DNA of 64,000 nt from Octopus sinensis (Eukaryota), in contig NC_042999.1 of the NCBI RefSeq assembly GCF_006345805.1, positions 79,670,001-79,734,000 of the forward strand. Reading direction: 5' to 3'. This document shows positions 38,789 to 52,570 of this stretch, one piece after another. A program made the position numbers and the translations under genes. The notes below the pieces were generated by a model, which worked only from the letters and a program-made list of their open reading frames with translations, did no database searches and was not told the origin of the DNA. Within the stretch, counting starts at the first letter, position 1. Every line of letters starts with the position of its first letter.

Positions 38789-39033
38789 GAAGGCGGTGAG
38801 TTGGTAGAATCGTTAGCACGCCGGATAAAATATTTAGCAACATTTCATCCGTACTCACGTTCTGAGTTCGAATGCCATTGCGGTCAGTTTTGCCTTTCAT
38901 CATCTCGAGGTGGATAAATTAAGTACTAGTAAATATAATCGACTTAACCCTCGTCTAAAAATTGCTGGCTTTGTGCCAAAATTTGAAAAAGTATTGTTGT
39001 TGTTGTTATTATTATTATTACTACTACTACTAC

Positions 39034-39078
<45 letters not shown>

Positions 39079-39235
39079 CAAATAATTTCGTCTGCCGCTA
39101 CGTACTGCGTTCAAATTCCGCCGAGGTCGAAGTTGCTTTTCCTCTTTCGAGATCGATAAATTAAGTACCAGTGAAACACTGGGGTCGATGTAATCGAATA
39201 GTCCCCCACCCATCAAATTTCAGACCTTGTGCCTG
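38788..39235 (+). mobile_element. Nin-domain SINE copies separated by (TAT)n
   Basis: GAAGGCGGTGAGTTGGTAGAATCGTTAGCACG at 38788; second partial copy CAAATTCCGCCGAGGTCGA...GATAAATTAAGTACCAG at about 39110-39175. Confidence 0.8.
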
Positions 39236-39272
39236 ACATAAAAATGATGATGATGATGATCATCATCATCAA

Positions 39273-39323
<51 letters not shown>

Positions 39324-40811
39324 AGTAGTAGTAGTAGTAGTAGTGGCAACAGCAGCAGCAGCATTAGAAGCAAAGAAGCACATTTTTGTGAGTATCACTA
39401 CCCGAATTGACTTCTGAACTTGAAATTAAGCGATGATGTTCTGGAAATAAGAGACAGGCATTTTCGCCATTGTGACACATCGCAGTCCGTTTTGTTAAAC
39501 TGTTCGATACATTAACATCTGTTATATACGTATGTGTTTGCGCATTAGTGTACATGTTAATGCTAGAGTATACGCGTGTGTGTGTGTGCTAGATTGTGTG
39601 CGTGTGATTGTAAGAAGAATGAGTAAGAAAGCCTGCGAAAATCCGAATTCTTGCAAAATAGTTTTACGATGGTGGTGGTAATAGTAAAAATAAGTGTAGT
39701 GGTAGAAGAGGTTGTATGGAGGGAGTTGACGTAGTAAGGGATATGTGTATTTGCGGCGATATATACGATGGGTGAGAAAATAACCCCATCCTCCTACTCG
39801 CATAGCACCAGTATTTATAATAATCCGGTTGTGATACTAAACAGCGTTGTCATTCGATGATGTCAGATTCAGCCGGTCAATTATCACCTTGTGGCCTCAC
39901 TCGATGACCAGTGTCCAGATAATAGAGTCTCAGCCAGTCCTTTCGGCTACATCTTCGTTAAAATACAATGGCAGTTTTCATTATCATTCTTCTTTATGTC
40001 TAGAAGTAGGTCACAAGCGAAATTAATTTCCATGACCGTTTGCTACTGGCTCAATGAACATTTTCTCTCTTTAACTCTAAAAGAAGACGAGGTAGAAAAA
40101 TAGAGATATAAATAGAGAAATAAAGAAAGAGTAAACAGAGAGACATAATGAAAGAAGCAGAAACGGATAATGAAAAATCAAACGAAAAGAAGTGGTTATA
40201 TGAGCTAAATATTTGAACCTCCATATACCATTGAGAAGCCGCCATCAATATCTATTGGTCATGGGATTTAAACAGATATTTGGCTATTTCTGTGAAAATA
40301 GGATTTCTAATGTACCCTAACACATAAGTTCAGTAGCAATATTTTCCTCTCGACGATGTGTCAAACGGATAGATGTAACTTCAACAACTAAGAAACGAAT
40401 AGAGAAAGTAAAGAAACCCACAGCAAAACAGCATACCGAAGTATATTCTTCTTCTTATGACATTTCACATGCTTTTAACATTATAAGATTTTGGCGCTAT
40501 ATGACCTGAAGTATTCAGTAAAATATTGTGAGTCGACGATAGCATTTCCCAGCTTGTTAAATATTGTTTGTTCTCGATTAACTCTGTTCGTCAGCAAAGG
40601 AATCGTGGTATACGTAAACCACTACTGTAGCCATTAAGGATAATATATGCGCTGATATTGTCGGCACTAAAACGATGCATTAAAGTCCTCCCATAAAGAC
40701 GGGTTGATCACGGCTGGAAAATATTTTTGATTATTGATCTGTTCAAGCAAGCTGGGGTTAAACAACATTTACAGTATTGGTTTACTCTGCACACAGCTAT
40801 ACTACAACAAC

Positions 40812-41023
<212 letters not shown>

Positions 41024-41544
41024 TTTTGCAAAAACAACAAATAGCCGCGAAGCATTGCGACCATTGTAAAGGCACAAAGCCCTCGAAAACAAATTGCAGC
41101 TTATAGCAAAAATTATATAAATAGGGGCACTACTTACACACACACGCACGAGCGCGCACACAATAGCGTGCACAGACGTATGTATGTATCAATGTTTCTA
41201 TCTACATAGTCTATCTATCTATCTATCTACGCCAAGTTGTTAAATAATTTTGTTAAAGACTGACTACGGTATGCTTTTCTTGTTTCGTACTTAGCTGATA
41301 TTGCAATATTTGAAGGAAGGCCGGGGAAGTAAAGAACCGCTACTGTTTGAGCAAAGCGCCCAGTTCCTGTCGATAGTTTGTGGTGCCATGTCATAAAAAA
41401 TCACTAGCGGGTAGGAATATTCTAGCAGGACAATAATCAAAGGAGTTGGTACTTTTGGGTTTATTCATAAATGACCACACATTAATCTTTGTTATGGTTT
41501 ACGACAAAAGAAATATAAGCGGCATTTATCCCAGAATGCTCATA

Positions 41545-41805
41545 GCACTCTTTACTAATGCGCTGACTACAAGTCACATCGTCCCTGAATTTATACAGGA
41601 GAAAAATTCCGAAGTTGGGTTGTTCACTATTGGCGCAAAGGATGGCTCTAAATAGATCCCAGATCAAAATTCGGGAATACAGAAAAATAGCATTTAGCGA
41701 ACACATCGACATTTACACCAATAGCAAACAACCTAGCTTCAGAATATTTCCCCTCTATAAATCCAGGGACGATGCAACCTGTGGTCATAGTATTAGTAAA
41801 GCGTC
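41545..41805. repeat. Imperfect ~95-bp inverted repeat with ~70-bp spacer (MITE/foldback-like)
   Basis: Reverse complement of 41545-41640 (..CCAATAGTGAACAACCCAACTTCGGAATTTTTCTCCTGTATAAATTCAGGGACGATG..ATTAGTAAAG) matches 41711-41805 (..CCAATAGCAAACAACCTAGCTTCAGAATATTTCCCCTCTATAAATCCAGGGACGATG..ATTAGTAAAG). Confidence 0.85.
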
Positions 41806-43304
41806 ATATTTTATCACAAAATATAAACCCCTTTCGAATGCGTCCAACACTATATTACGCTATATTACAAGGGTCTTAAGATAATACCCGCGCAAATATT
41901 AAAAGCGATATATTCAGAACCAGTCACTAGCCATGAATTTATTCAGAACAAGTCCAATCACAACTATTACAACCACAACGGGTTAGTTTTAGGTCACTTG
42001 ACCATTTAAGAGGATGCCATCAACAACCTGCTACTGTTATATCACTACCGCATTTCTTCTTCTTCTTCTTCTTCTTCTTCTTCTTCTTCTTCTTCTTCTT
42101 CTTCTTCTTCTTCATATCAAATATTAGGACTACTACTACCTGCTCTGCTACCTGCTACCAAGACCTCACATGAGTAAAAAAGAGAGACAGAGACAGACAG
42201 TAAAAAGAAAAGTGTCCCTTGTATTTGAAAGCTATGGAAATATTATAAAAGAACATTTAATTTTTCCATGAAAAAATCGCAAAGACTGAAACCGATATTT
42301 AAATTTTTTTCACGATAAAATTATCTTAGCATTTTCTACCTTGTCTTATTTTTCTTATATATATATATATATATTACGGAGAAGTACTTGCATAACAAGT
42401 GACTTGATCTGAGATCTTGTGCTGAAACAAAAACAATTGCGGCGTCGAAGGTGTTTATAAGCCTTTCAATAACACACAAAAACCGTAAGTTTCACTTCAA
42501 CATTTAAATTTTATTCATGTCAAAATATATTTGTCGCCTTGAAACTTCACATGATTTTGATTTGACAGGAGCTTTAGAGGACTTGGACTGAATTCTTTGG
42601 AATATTTGTTACTGCCTTTTGTACTCAGTGTTCAAAACCTAGGAAACATTTCGCAGGTCTATTCTTTCATCTGATTACTCTCAATACCAACTCACCACCT
42701 GGTGAAAGAATGTGATGCTACGTACATGGCCATGTCAGATACATGCGGTACACCTGTATGTGAATGTGTGTGTCTACAGACATGCGTAAATATATGTGCA
42801 TATATGTATATATATGTGTATTTGCTTAACTGTTTGTGTGCATTTTGAGAGAGATAGAGAAAGGAGAGAGAGAGAGAGAGAGAGAGAGAGTGAGAGTTGT
42901 GTGCGTGTGTGCGTGTGTGCGCGTGTGTGTGCGCGTATGCCCGTCTGTGTGTGTATGTATATGCGTTTGTGTGTACGAGCGTTAGCAGGTGCGTGCAGAA
43001 ACGAATGTAAATGTATGTGTCTGTGTTTTCTATGAAAGAATTTCTGATTGGTGATCACAAATTTCATGTTCAAAATTCCTTGTGTCTTCAAATAACGAGG
43101 ACATATGCAGAACGGATCTCATGTAACACCTAGCGGTATCTCGTGAGTGGAACGAGAAATCGACACTTCAACTGGCATAATTATGTCTTCAATTATATTG
43201 CAATCTACAATTTCCGAGGTGCATTCATTAGAAAATAGAGTATCTTTGAGAAATGGCCCCACATCTACACAAAACAAACATGCATGCAAACATCAGTATA
43301 ATTA

Positions 43305-43308
43305 TCAG

Positions 43309-43397
<89 letters not shown>

Positions 43398-43477
43398 GTC
43401 TGTCTGTCTGTCTATGAATTTATTTATCTATCTATCTGTTTGTCTGTCTGTCTTCTGTCTATCTGTCTATCTATCTG

Positions 43478-43544
<67 letters not shown>

Positions 43545-43600
43545 GTCTGTCTGTCTGTCTGTCAATTTATTTATCTACCTATCTGTTTGTCTGTCTGTCT

Positions 43601-43660
<60 letters not shown>

Positions 43661-43673
43661 ATCTATATATATA

Positions 43674-43727
<54 letters not shown>

Positions 43728-43732
43728 TATAT

Positions 43733-43782
<50 letters not shown>

Positions 43783-43900
43783 GCCTGTCTGTCTATCTAT
43801 CTATCTGTCTGTCTGCCTGTCTATCTAACTATCTGACTGTGTGTCTGTCTGTCTATCTATATGTTTGTCTATCTGTCTGTCTCTCTCTATCTATCTAACG

Positions 43901-43940
<40 letters not shown>

Positions 43941-43990
43941 CTCTAACTATCTATCTATCTATCTATCTATCTGTCTCTCAGTTTGTGTGT
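43305..43990. repeat. Compound (TATC)n/(TGTC)n tract with a higher-order duplication
   Basis: AATTTATTTATCTA.CTATCTGTTTGTCTGTCTGTCTTCTGTCT occurs at about 43417 and 43564. Confidence 0.9.
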
Positions 43991-44475
43991 CTATCTATCT
44001 ATCTATCGATAAGCACACACACACACGCATACGCACGCATATATGTATATATACCCACTGCACAGGTTGATCAGCAATTTGCTCCTGAAATGACTTGCAC
44101 TGATCATTTGTTTATAGTGTTCAAATATTCGTTTGTATGCAGGTATGTTTGGTTATACACACACACAAACACACAGACACACACACATACACACACACAT
44201 AGATATAAATATAGATATATATGTGTGCGTGTGCATGTGTGTGCGCGCGTTTGTGTATGTGTGTGCGTGTGCGTGCGTTTGTGTGTGTGTGTGTGTGTGT
44301 GTATGTGTGTGTGTGCGTGCCCGCGCGCGCATGTGTTTATGTTTGAACTTACATAAACTTGTTAACTTGGATCAAGATTGTCCCAGACTATGTCTAACGC
44401 AATATCCTGATAGAATCTGTTAAGGTGTTTTAACGTCAAGTATTATATTCATGTCCCATCTATGTAGGAAGATGT

Positions 44476-44690
44476 TACTCTTTACTCTTACTCTTTTACT
44501 TGTTTCAGTCATTTGACTGCGGCCATGCTGGAGCACCGCCTTTAGTCGATCAAAGCGACCCGGGACTTATTCTTTGTAAGCCCAGTACTTATTCTATCGG
44601 TCTCTTTTGCCGAACCGCTAAGTGACGGGGACGTAAACACACCAGCATCGGTTGTCAAGCAATGCTAGGGGAACAAACACAGACACACAA

Positions 44691-44729
<39 letters not shown>

Positions 44730-44899
44730 CATATATACGACAGGCTTCTTTCAGTTTCCGTCTACCAAATCTACTCACAAGGCATTGGTCGGCCCGGGGC
44801 TATAGCAGAAGACACTTGCCCAAGATGCCACGCAGTGGGACTGAACCCGCAACCATGTGGTTGGTTAGCGAGCTACTTACTACACAGCCACTCCTGCGC
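44476..44899 (-). mobile_element. Full-length CORE-type composite SINE
   Basis: Near-identical to 32498-32902 and 45647-46064. Confidence 0.92.
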
Positions 44900-45222
44900 A
44901 TGTTGGTGACTTAGATATAATCAGGTATTGATGTCTTGTCTATTATCGCTCTGGATAACGTCAAATTTCAAAATGCTGTTGTTGGTCAATTCTATGATTA
45001 CACAAAATATAATATTATTGTAACAATCAGTTGGAGAGTCTAAATATCTTTAAGCAGTTCCTTAACCTCTTGTTCACCTGTTACCTTTGATAGGGTAGGT
45101 TGATACAGACTAAATATGGTGACGCATATATAGGATCAACAACGATGGAATAAAACATCAAATTAAGATATCACTGCCACAATCCAACTGAGCGTCTCTT
45201 TATTCTTTCTTCTCTCTCTCCC

Positions 45223-45271
<49 letters not shown>

Positions 45272-45646
45272 TGCTAATGCCTAAATGCTTTGTCCAGCGA
45301 TCATAATTTTTTTTTTTGGTGATAGGGTCGGCGAAGATGTGGAAAGGATTTGCCGTTGCCCTCTGTCGGTTTATTTCCAGTTGACACTGATTCCCAAAGC
45401 TCACTCATAAGGCACAGAAATACGTAACTATCAGGCAAGGAGACCGATTCGTCTGACTTTAGAGCACTGGACCATCTTATTTCCATACCCATCCATTACA
45501 TCAATAGAGACAGGGAGCGAACTAAGATCGAGATTTTAGCAAGGTATCAGGACACAATAAAAGTGAGGATAGCAAAGTTGAAATTTATTAAAATGCTTAT
45601 CTGAACAATGAAACATGAAGAAACAAAGAATACATGTGAAAATACG

Positions 45647-46064
45647 TACTCTTTACTCTTTTACTTGTTTCAGTCATTTGACTGCGGCCATACTGGAGCA
45701 CCGCCTTTAGTCGATCAAATCGACACCGGGACTTATTCTTTGTAAGCCCAGTACTTATTCTATCGGTCTCTTTTGCCGAACCGCTAAGTGACGGGGACGT
45801 AAACACACCAGCATCGGTTGTCAAGCAATGCTAGGGGGACAAACACAGACACACAAACACACACACATATATATATATATACATATATACACACATATAT
45901 ACGACAGGCTTCTTTCAGTTTCCGTCTACCAAATCCACTCACAAGGCATTGGTCGGCCCGGGGCTATAGCAGAAGACACTTGCCCAAGATGCCACGCAGT
46001 GGGACTGAACCCGCAACCATGTGGTTGGTTAGCAAGCTACTTACCACACAGCCACTCCTGCGCC
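45647..46064 (-). mobile_element. Full-length CORE-type composite SINE
   Basis: Near-identical to 44476-44899, with different flanks. Confidence 0.92.
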
Positions 46065-48319
46065 TATGTGTATTCAGAATAAACAATAGAGGTATGTCCC
46101 ACACACTTCCTACATTCATTTGCTCATTATAACGTAACACATTACAGTCCGTCTGAAGATAAATTTTGAAATTGGTATTGAGATCTTTTGACCAATGTTA
46201 CCGGTACCTTTTCAATATTATGTAAAAAAAAAAAAAAAAAAGATGAGCGCTCACAGCGGCGTTGGAAGGAATAGAAACTTAATCCTTCAAGGCGATCCCA
46301 CAAACGTCAAATTGTTACGCTGCTAATAATACGTTTATTCGTGTATTTGTTTATTGATCTAGTGTGTGTGTGAGTGTGTATGTTATTAATAAGATAATAT
46401 TATATTCTTCTATCAGTAACGTTATCAATTGGTCTCATACTAAGTGTTTCCATAACCTTGGATCCTTATACACACATGCCTGCCTACCTACCTACCTACC
46501 TACCTACCAACCTACCTACATATATGTACATGTATACATGCATGCATACATACACGCATACACATAAACGTATATGTGTGTATGGGTAAAGAGCGAAAGA
46601 AAGAAAGGAAGAAAGAATGCCAAAGAAAGGGAGATAAAGAAAAAGGGGTTCCGGCTCATTTTCTGGACACCGTGTATTTACTCTCATTTTCTATCTTTCT
46701 CCCGTTACGTTCCTTAGTTTTCTTTATTCACTTTTCTCTCTGGCTCTCCCCATCTCTCTCCTTCTCTCTGTATCTCTGTCTGTCTGTCTGTCTCTGTCTC
46801 TCTCTCTCCTTCTCGGTCTCTCATTCACTTACTCTGTCGATGTATTTTTCTCTTAGCCTTTTTTGATGCTCTGCAAGGTCAAAGTTCAACGTCCCTAACT
46901 TAATTGCTACCACTCCCTTTTCATCCATTTCTCTGCAGCTATATCATATTATACAGTAATGTGAATTATTCAGGCTGAATTTGAGTTTTGAAGCGGCAAC
47001 ACGATAGGTTTTTAGGTTGCCGACATCTCCTGTCGCCCTTCTCTTCCCTGCTAACAACTCTAATAACCAAACACAGATACCAAAACAACAACAACAGCAA
47101 CAGTAACACCAGCCGTTTCTGCAACAATCACAACAACAAGAACAACGATAGCAGGTGCTGCAGAACAACCACGATAATAAGAGAATTTCAGAAATAATAA
47201 TAATTATGATGGTGGTACCGATTAAAACGGTTATGTTGACGATAATAACATCGAAATCAAAAGCGAAAGCAACAAAAACGACCACTAAACACCCAAAGCA
47301 AACATACAAATAACCATAATCAATAAAACAACAATATCACCATCAACAACAACAACAGCAACAACAAAAATAAATAAAACCACCACAAACATCTCAATAA
47401 CCCGGCTGAGAGGTTTAGGAGCAAAAGGTAAAACTATTCATATGAAAATCCTTTAATTTGATCCGAAGTTAATTTTTGACATAATAGTCATAGATTCCAA
47501 GAAACGTTAATTATCACCTTTTGGCCTTCTCCAATAATGGTTAGTAGTCGGTTTTATCACAGTTTGCCAGTCACGATGTCGGCCCGTCTCGTTAGCCTCG
47601 TTTTCGTATAAGCAATCAGTGAAAAATGTCTGACTTAGGTTAATTTCACTATTGAAACTGTCATGGCGACAGTATAATAATTCAACTTGGAAAGATATCA
47701 CTTTAAACTGATAGTCAGCGAGATGGATTTCATTAGCAAAACCGGCAATTCTCGCTGGACAATGGCCATTTAATAGAAATTGGTCTAAATGAATTCTGAA
47801 GTGTGTGTGTATTCGTTTATTTCGCATCGTTCTGTTTAGCTTTCGCTACTAACTCGGCTCTGAGGTGAGACAGTCTGGTCCTGCTAATCGTATGGTGGTG
47901 TGGTATGTGGTATTATGGAGGTGGTGTAGGTTGGTGTAGAGTGGGCAGTTGTTTGGTATGAGGTGGTGAGGTGAGTATGGTACAACGAGGCCGTGGTTGC
48001 GTGTACCGATTGATGAGACTGAATATAGTGTGACTTGAGAATGGTGTGGCATTGCCTGGCTATATCACATTAGACGGCGTGAGGGAGTGAATGAGGTGAG
48101 TATGTGGGTAATATGAATCAAGTTTATATTTAACGGAAACGAAAACAAACAGTTCCAAAAACGAAGCGAAATATAGGAAACAAACGAATAAGAAATCTGA
48201 TCGAGTATGTTTTACAATTTTAATGGGATTAATAGTTAAATATTATCCATCCTACTATCTGAGATCTCTTTTATGTGAGTGAGTGCGAGCATTTATGCAC
48301 TTATATATATGTATATATA

Positions 48320-48406
<87 letters not shown>

Positions 48407-48565
48407 TATATATATATGAGTTCGGTGTGTGGTGAAGCAAATTCTTTTGCCTAACCCTTATTATAATAAATATTGTTTAAATTTACTGATAATGGTCTTT
48501 TACATACCGAATCACTACTTGGTGGAATTATCAATTATTAATTAATTAATTAATTTTACCCTTAT

Positions 48566-48601
<36 letters not shown>

Positions 48602-48612
48602 ATATATATATA

Positions 48613-49222
48613 AGGTGATCTACTTCTAGCATATGGCTGACCACATAGTGGTTCTTTAGTCCTTTAAATATACACATGTATTAGAATTTTCTCTGATTTT
48701 TCAGATTTTTGTATACTAGGCTACTGGTTTTAAATTGATATCAATTAAACTAATATTCAATTTATCTCCCTCATTATTTAAATGTTAAAATAAATATGTT
48801 CTCTAATAGGCAGCATTAACTGCAGTAAATTGCAGATTTTGTTTCCGGAATTTTAGTGCGCCAGAACTCAAACATTTGAAATTAACCCCAATGTAATCGG
48901 TGAAACTAAGCACGCGTCTGTTTTTATACGGAAAACTAGTGGTTAGTTTTACAAATTATATTTCCTGTGGAACGATCGTACTGACGAGCCCTGCAGACGA
49001 GGGATTACGTAAGTGATTCATTCGTTAATAGGTGAAACCGCGGTCTGCGATTAATTCTTGTTTTTTATATAATTTTCATCTGTCTTGCCCGCATATTGTT
49101 CTGGTGTCCGCTGAATTTGTTTCTCTAGAGAACATTCTTTTCTTTGTAGTTTGATCGCAGGTGATCTATTTCTAGCATATGGCTAACTGCATAGTGGTTC
49201 TTTAGCGCTTTAAATACACACA
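48613..49222 (+). mobile_element. Penelope-like/retrozyme-like partial tandem unit (period 546 bp) containing a hammerhead
   Basis: AGGTGATCTA.TTCTAGCATATGGCT.AC..CATAGTGGTTCTTTAG..CTTTAAATA.AC at 48613 and 49159, with the HHR between them. Confidence 0.65.
48974..49052 (+). ncRNA. Type I hammerhead ribozyme, intact core
   Basis: GATCGTA CTGACGA GCC [40 nt] GGT GAAAC CGCG GTC TGCGATT. 7-bp helix I (two G-U pairs), palindromic ACCGCGGT helix III; predicted cleavage 3' of 49045. Confidence 0.8.
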
Positions 49223-49262
49223 GACACATATATAATATATATATATATATGTATATATATAT

Positions 49263-49311
<49 letters not shown>

Positions 49312-49436
49312 ATTATGGATAAGGTAAGACAATGGAGAGTTGAGGATGTATAGTTAATTTACTTGTATAATAGTTTGAAGTTAAAATTAAATACAAATAA
49401 ATTTCTTTAAAGTACAAAAGAAACTAAAAGAAACGC

Positions 49437-49550
49437 AAAAACCTACATATGTTTCGATTCTGGCTCCTTAGTAATGCATTTGGGTCAGATCCAGTGTTAA
49501 GAATTGGTTATCATTTTGAAGTGTATGGGGCAGATTCTCTTCAGGTTTTT
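49437..49550 (-). ncRNA. Type I hammerhead ribozyme, intact core, one extra G beside the cleavage site
   Basis: Minus strand: AAAAAC CTGAAGA GAATCTG [insert] CAGAATC GAAAC ATAT GTA g GTTTTT. Helix II pairs 6 of 7; palindromic ACATATGT. Confidence 0.7.
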
Positions 49551-49902
49551 TATTTTTGTTGTTTTTTATAAAACGAAGGTCAGATGTTTCTTCAAGGGAT
49601 TCAAATCAGAAACAAAGGAAGTTTAGAAAGTTATATCATGTATATTGTGCGTGTTTATTTGCAAACGTTATAATTCAAGTAAGTAAAAACTAAAGATAAA
49701 ATAAAAATAAATTCAAAGACACATAAATAATTTAAAAAATGATATATCTGTGAGCGAAAATAATTATGTAATAAAAATAAAAATAGATAAACCAGTGACA
49801 TTTTGGATTGATTAATCCCTAATGAGGAGATGACATCCTTGAAATGACTATCTATCTATCTATCTATCTGTCTATCTATCTATCTATCTTTCTATCTATC
49901 TA

Positions 49903-49941
<39 letters not shown>

Positions 49942-49980
49942 ATCCACACACACACACACACAAACACACATAACTATATA

Positions 49981-50796
49981 TAGGGTGCGGTGAATAAACT
50001 GTCGTCTAAATTAGGCAAAAATGAAAATAACACTGACCTCACATTTTAACAGATATATTTTCCAAAATCACATGAAAACATCTTGAAATACTAAGGAGTA
50101 AATGTATTCAATAAAATCGCCGTTGGCTTCAACCACGGCCTTCAGACGACTTCAGAATTTCCTGCAACTCTTCTGGATGGTCTCCTTATTTAAGCTGGTG
50201 ATGCTATAATCTTTGCCTTCATTTCGTCTTTGGTGTTACAAGGAATTTTGTTGCTCAGCTTCGCCCCTCACATAATAATCAGGAGGTTATAGTCTAGGAA
50301 GTTAGGTGGCCAGACTGGGTCCTCCAGCGTGTGTGACATGGCGCAAAGTTCCGTTGCCAGGCATCGGGTCTTCCAACAGCTACCCTCTTCGTCCAGGGCA
50401 GCACTACCTCCTCCAGGCACTCCGGTGCTGAGTCGGAGGCCGTGTGGGAAAAGGAATGGCGGCATAATGACGCCATCACTAGTGATCACTCCAAAGATAA
50501 TGATGTTGATTGGATCTTGATATTTATCACTCTCTGTACATGTCCTCACATTGCACTGTCCTCAGATTGACGCTTAAACACTCTAAAATGTTCGTATTGG
50601 AGTTTCATGCACGAATGCCGAATAGTACATGTTTTCAAATTTCTGAATGACTGAATTGCTTCATGGTGCTGTTTTTTTCACAGACGGTGCCCAACTGACC
50701 CTACTATACTATGTAGTCTATAAAATCAAAACAAAAAAAAAGGGCATCCGTAAAATTAAAATTATAAAATGGAGAAAATTTACCCATCGCACCCTG
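49981..50796 (-). mobile_element. Non-autonomous Tc1/mariner (maT/DD37D-like) element, copy 2, with both TIRs and TA flanks
   Basis: Left TAGGGTGCGGTGAATAAACT; reverse complement of right end CAGGGTGCGATGGGTAAATT. Translation IIFGVITSDGVIMPPFLF...GRPDAWQRNFAPCHT. Confidence 0.88.
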
Positions 50797-50859
50797 TATA
50801 CATATATAAATGTAAATAAATATATAAATACAAATAAACACACACATACACACATAGAC

Positions 50860-50891
<32 letters not shown>

Positions 50892-51165
50892 TATGTATAT
50901 ATATACGTATATATGCATGAATATGTATATATATAAATATATATATATACTTACATACACACATGCACATACCTAGATATACAAAAGTACATATATGTAT
51001 ATATATATAAATATATATATGAATGCGTGTATATATATTTATATATATCTACATATATATACATATACATATATATACATATATATATATATCTCTCTAT
51101 ATATATATGTATATGTATATATATGTGTGTGTATGTATCTATATACATATACTCTAATACATATG

Positions 51166-51231
<66 letters not shown>

Positions 51232-51237
51232 TATACA

Positions 51238-51740
51238 TAGCCAGCTGAAAAAGAGGCTTCCCTGGGGCTAAAAAAGGTAGTAACATCACTCTAATTAGTA
51301 CTGCCAGTTTACGTTGCCAAATAGATCTTAATCTATATTCTGTTACTATTTAATTCGCGCTCAGAGATTTAAAACGAATTGTTTTCCTCTTTACAAGATT
51401 AGTGGCTGTGTGTCACTTTAAAAGTATATACATCGAACAAGGCTTAGTGCTGCCGTCTTAAACCAACGGTTATCCTGTGCCGACGAAGAGAAATAACCTA
51501 GGAACCATTGTCTGCAGGTACCGTTTAAGGTTGTGTGGCAACATTAGTTCCCTTGTTCGAGGTATAAGGACAGAGTTGTGCGTCGGTAGCCAGCTGAAAA
51601 GGATGTTTTCTTGGGGCTAAAAGAAGATAGTAACATCGTTTCAATCAGAACTGCTAATTTACGTTGGCAAACAGATTTTACTTTGTAATGCTTTTACTAA
51701 TTATTTCTCGTTCAGGGACTTAAAACTAATTGATTTTTCT
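51238..51740 (+). repeat. Partial tandem repeat (~150 bp direct repeat, period 349 bp) enclosing a decayed hammerhead
   Basis: TAGCCAGCTGAAAA...TGGGGCTAAAA..AG.TAGTAACATC at 51238 and 51587. At 51474-51518: CCTGTG CCGACGA agagaaataaccta GGAAC catt GTC TGCAGG. Confidence 0.75.
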
Positions 51741-51828
51741 TGACATACATACATACATACATACATACATACATACATACATACATACATACATACATAC
51801 ATACATAATATATCCATACATACATACT

Positions 51829-51860
<32 letters not shown>

Positions 51861-51983
51861 TATACTAATATATAATCTTAGTATATCAATACTTGTGCAC
51901 GTCTTCATGTTCTTTGTTTTTGTTTTGTTTTCTTTTTTTCATCCGTTGATTTGAATTTTTCGTTTACCTGAATTGGCTATGTA

Positions 51984-52031
<48 letters not shown>

Positions 52032-52092
52032 GTGTATATATATATAAAGGTGTATATATATATATATGTATACATATATATATATATACACC

Positions 52093-52162
<70 letters not shown>

Positions 52163-52191
52163 CTATATATATATACACATGCACCTTTATA

Positions 52192-52265
<74 letters not shown>

Positions 52266-52539
52266 CATATACACACACAAGCATACAAGTACGCATGCAT
52301 ATAATGCATGTCCGTGATATCGGTCAACGAGTATTCTTCTTCATATTTTTATGAAAGTAACAAACACGTTAGTATTTGGTCCCTAACATAGGAGTTGTTT
52401 CCAATACTGAACGAAGTCTATCATGAATGCTATCTCTCATACATACGCACACTGAGTGTGCGTGTATGTATTATACAATATAATACATACATACATACGT
52501 ATTTACTTACGTACGCAAATACTCATGTATATAAGTATG

Positions 52540-52570
<31 letters not shown>

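Noticed and set aside
46876-46888. AGGTCA-A-AGTTCA DR1-type element
   Set aside because: A single such site is plausible by chance in 64 kb and has no supporting context.
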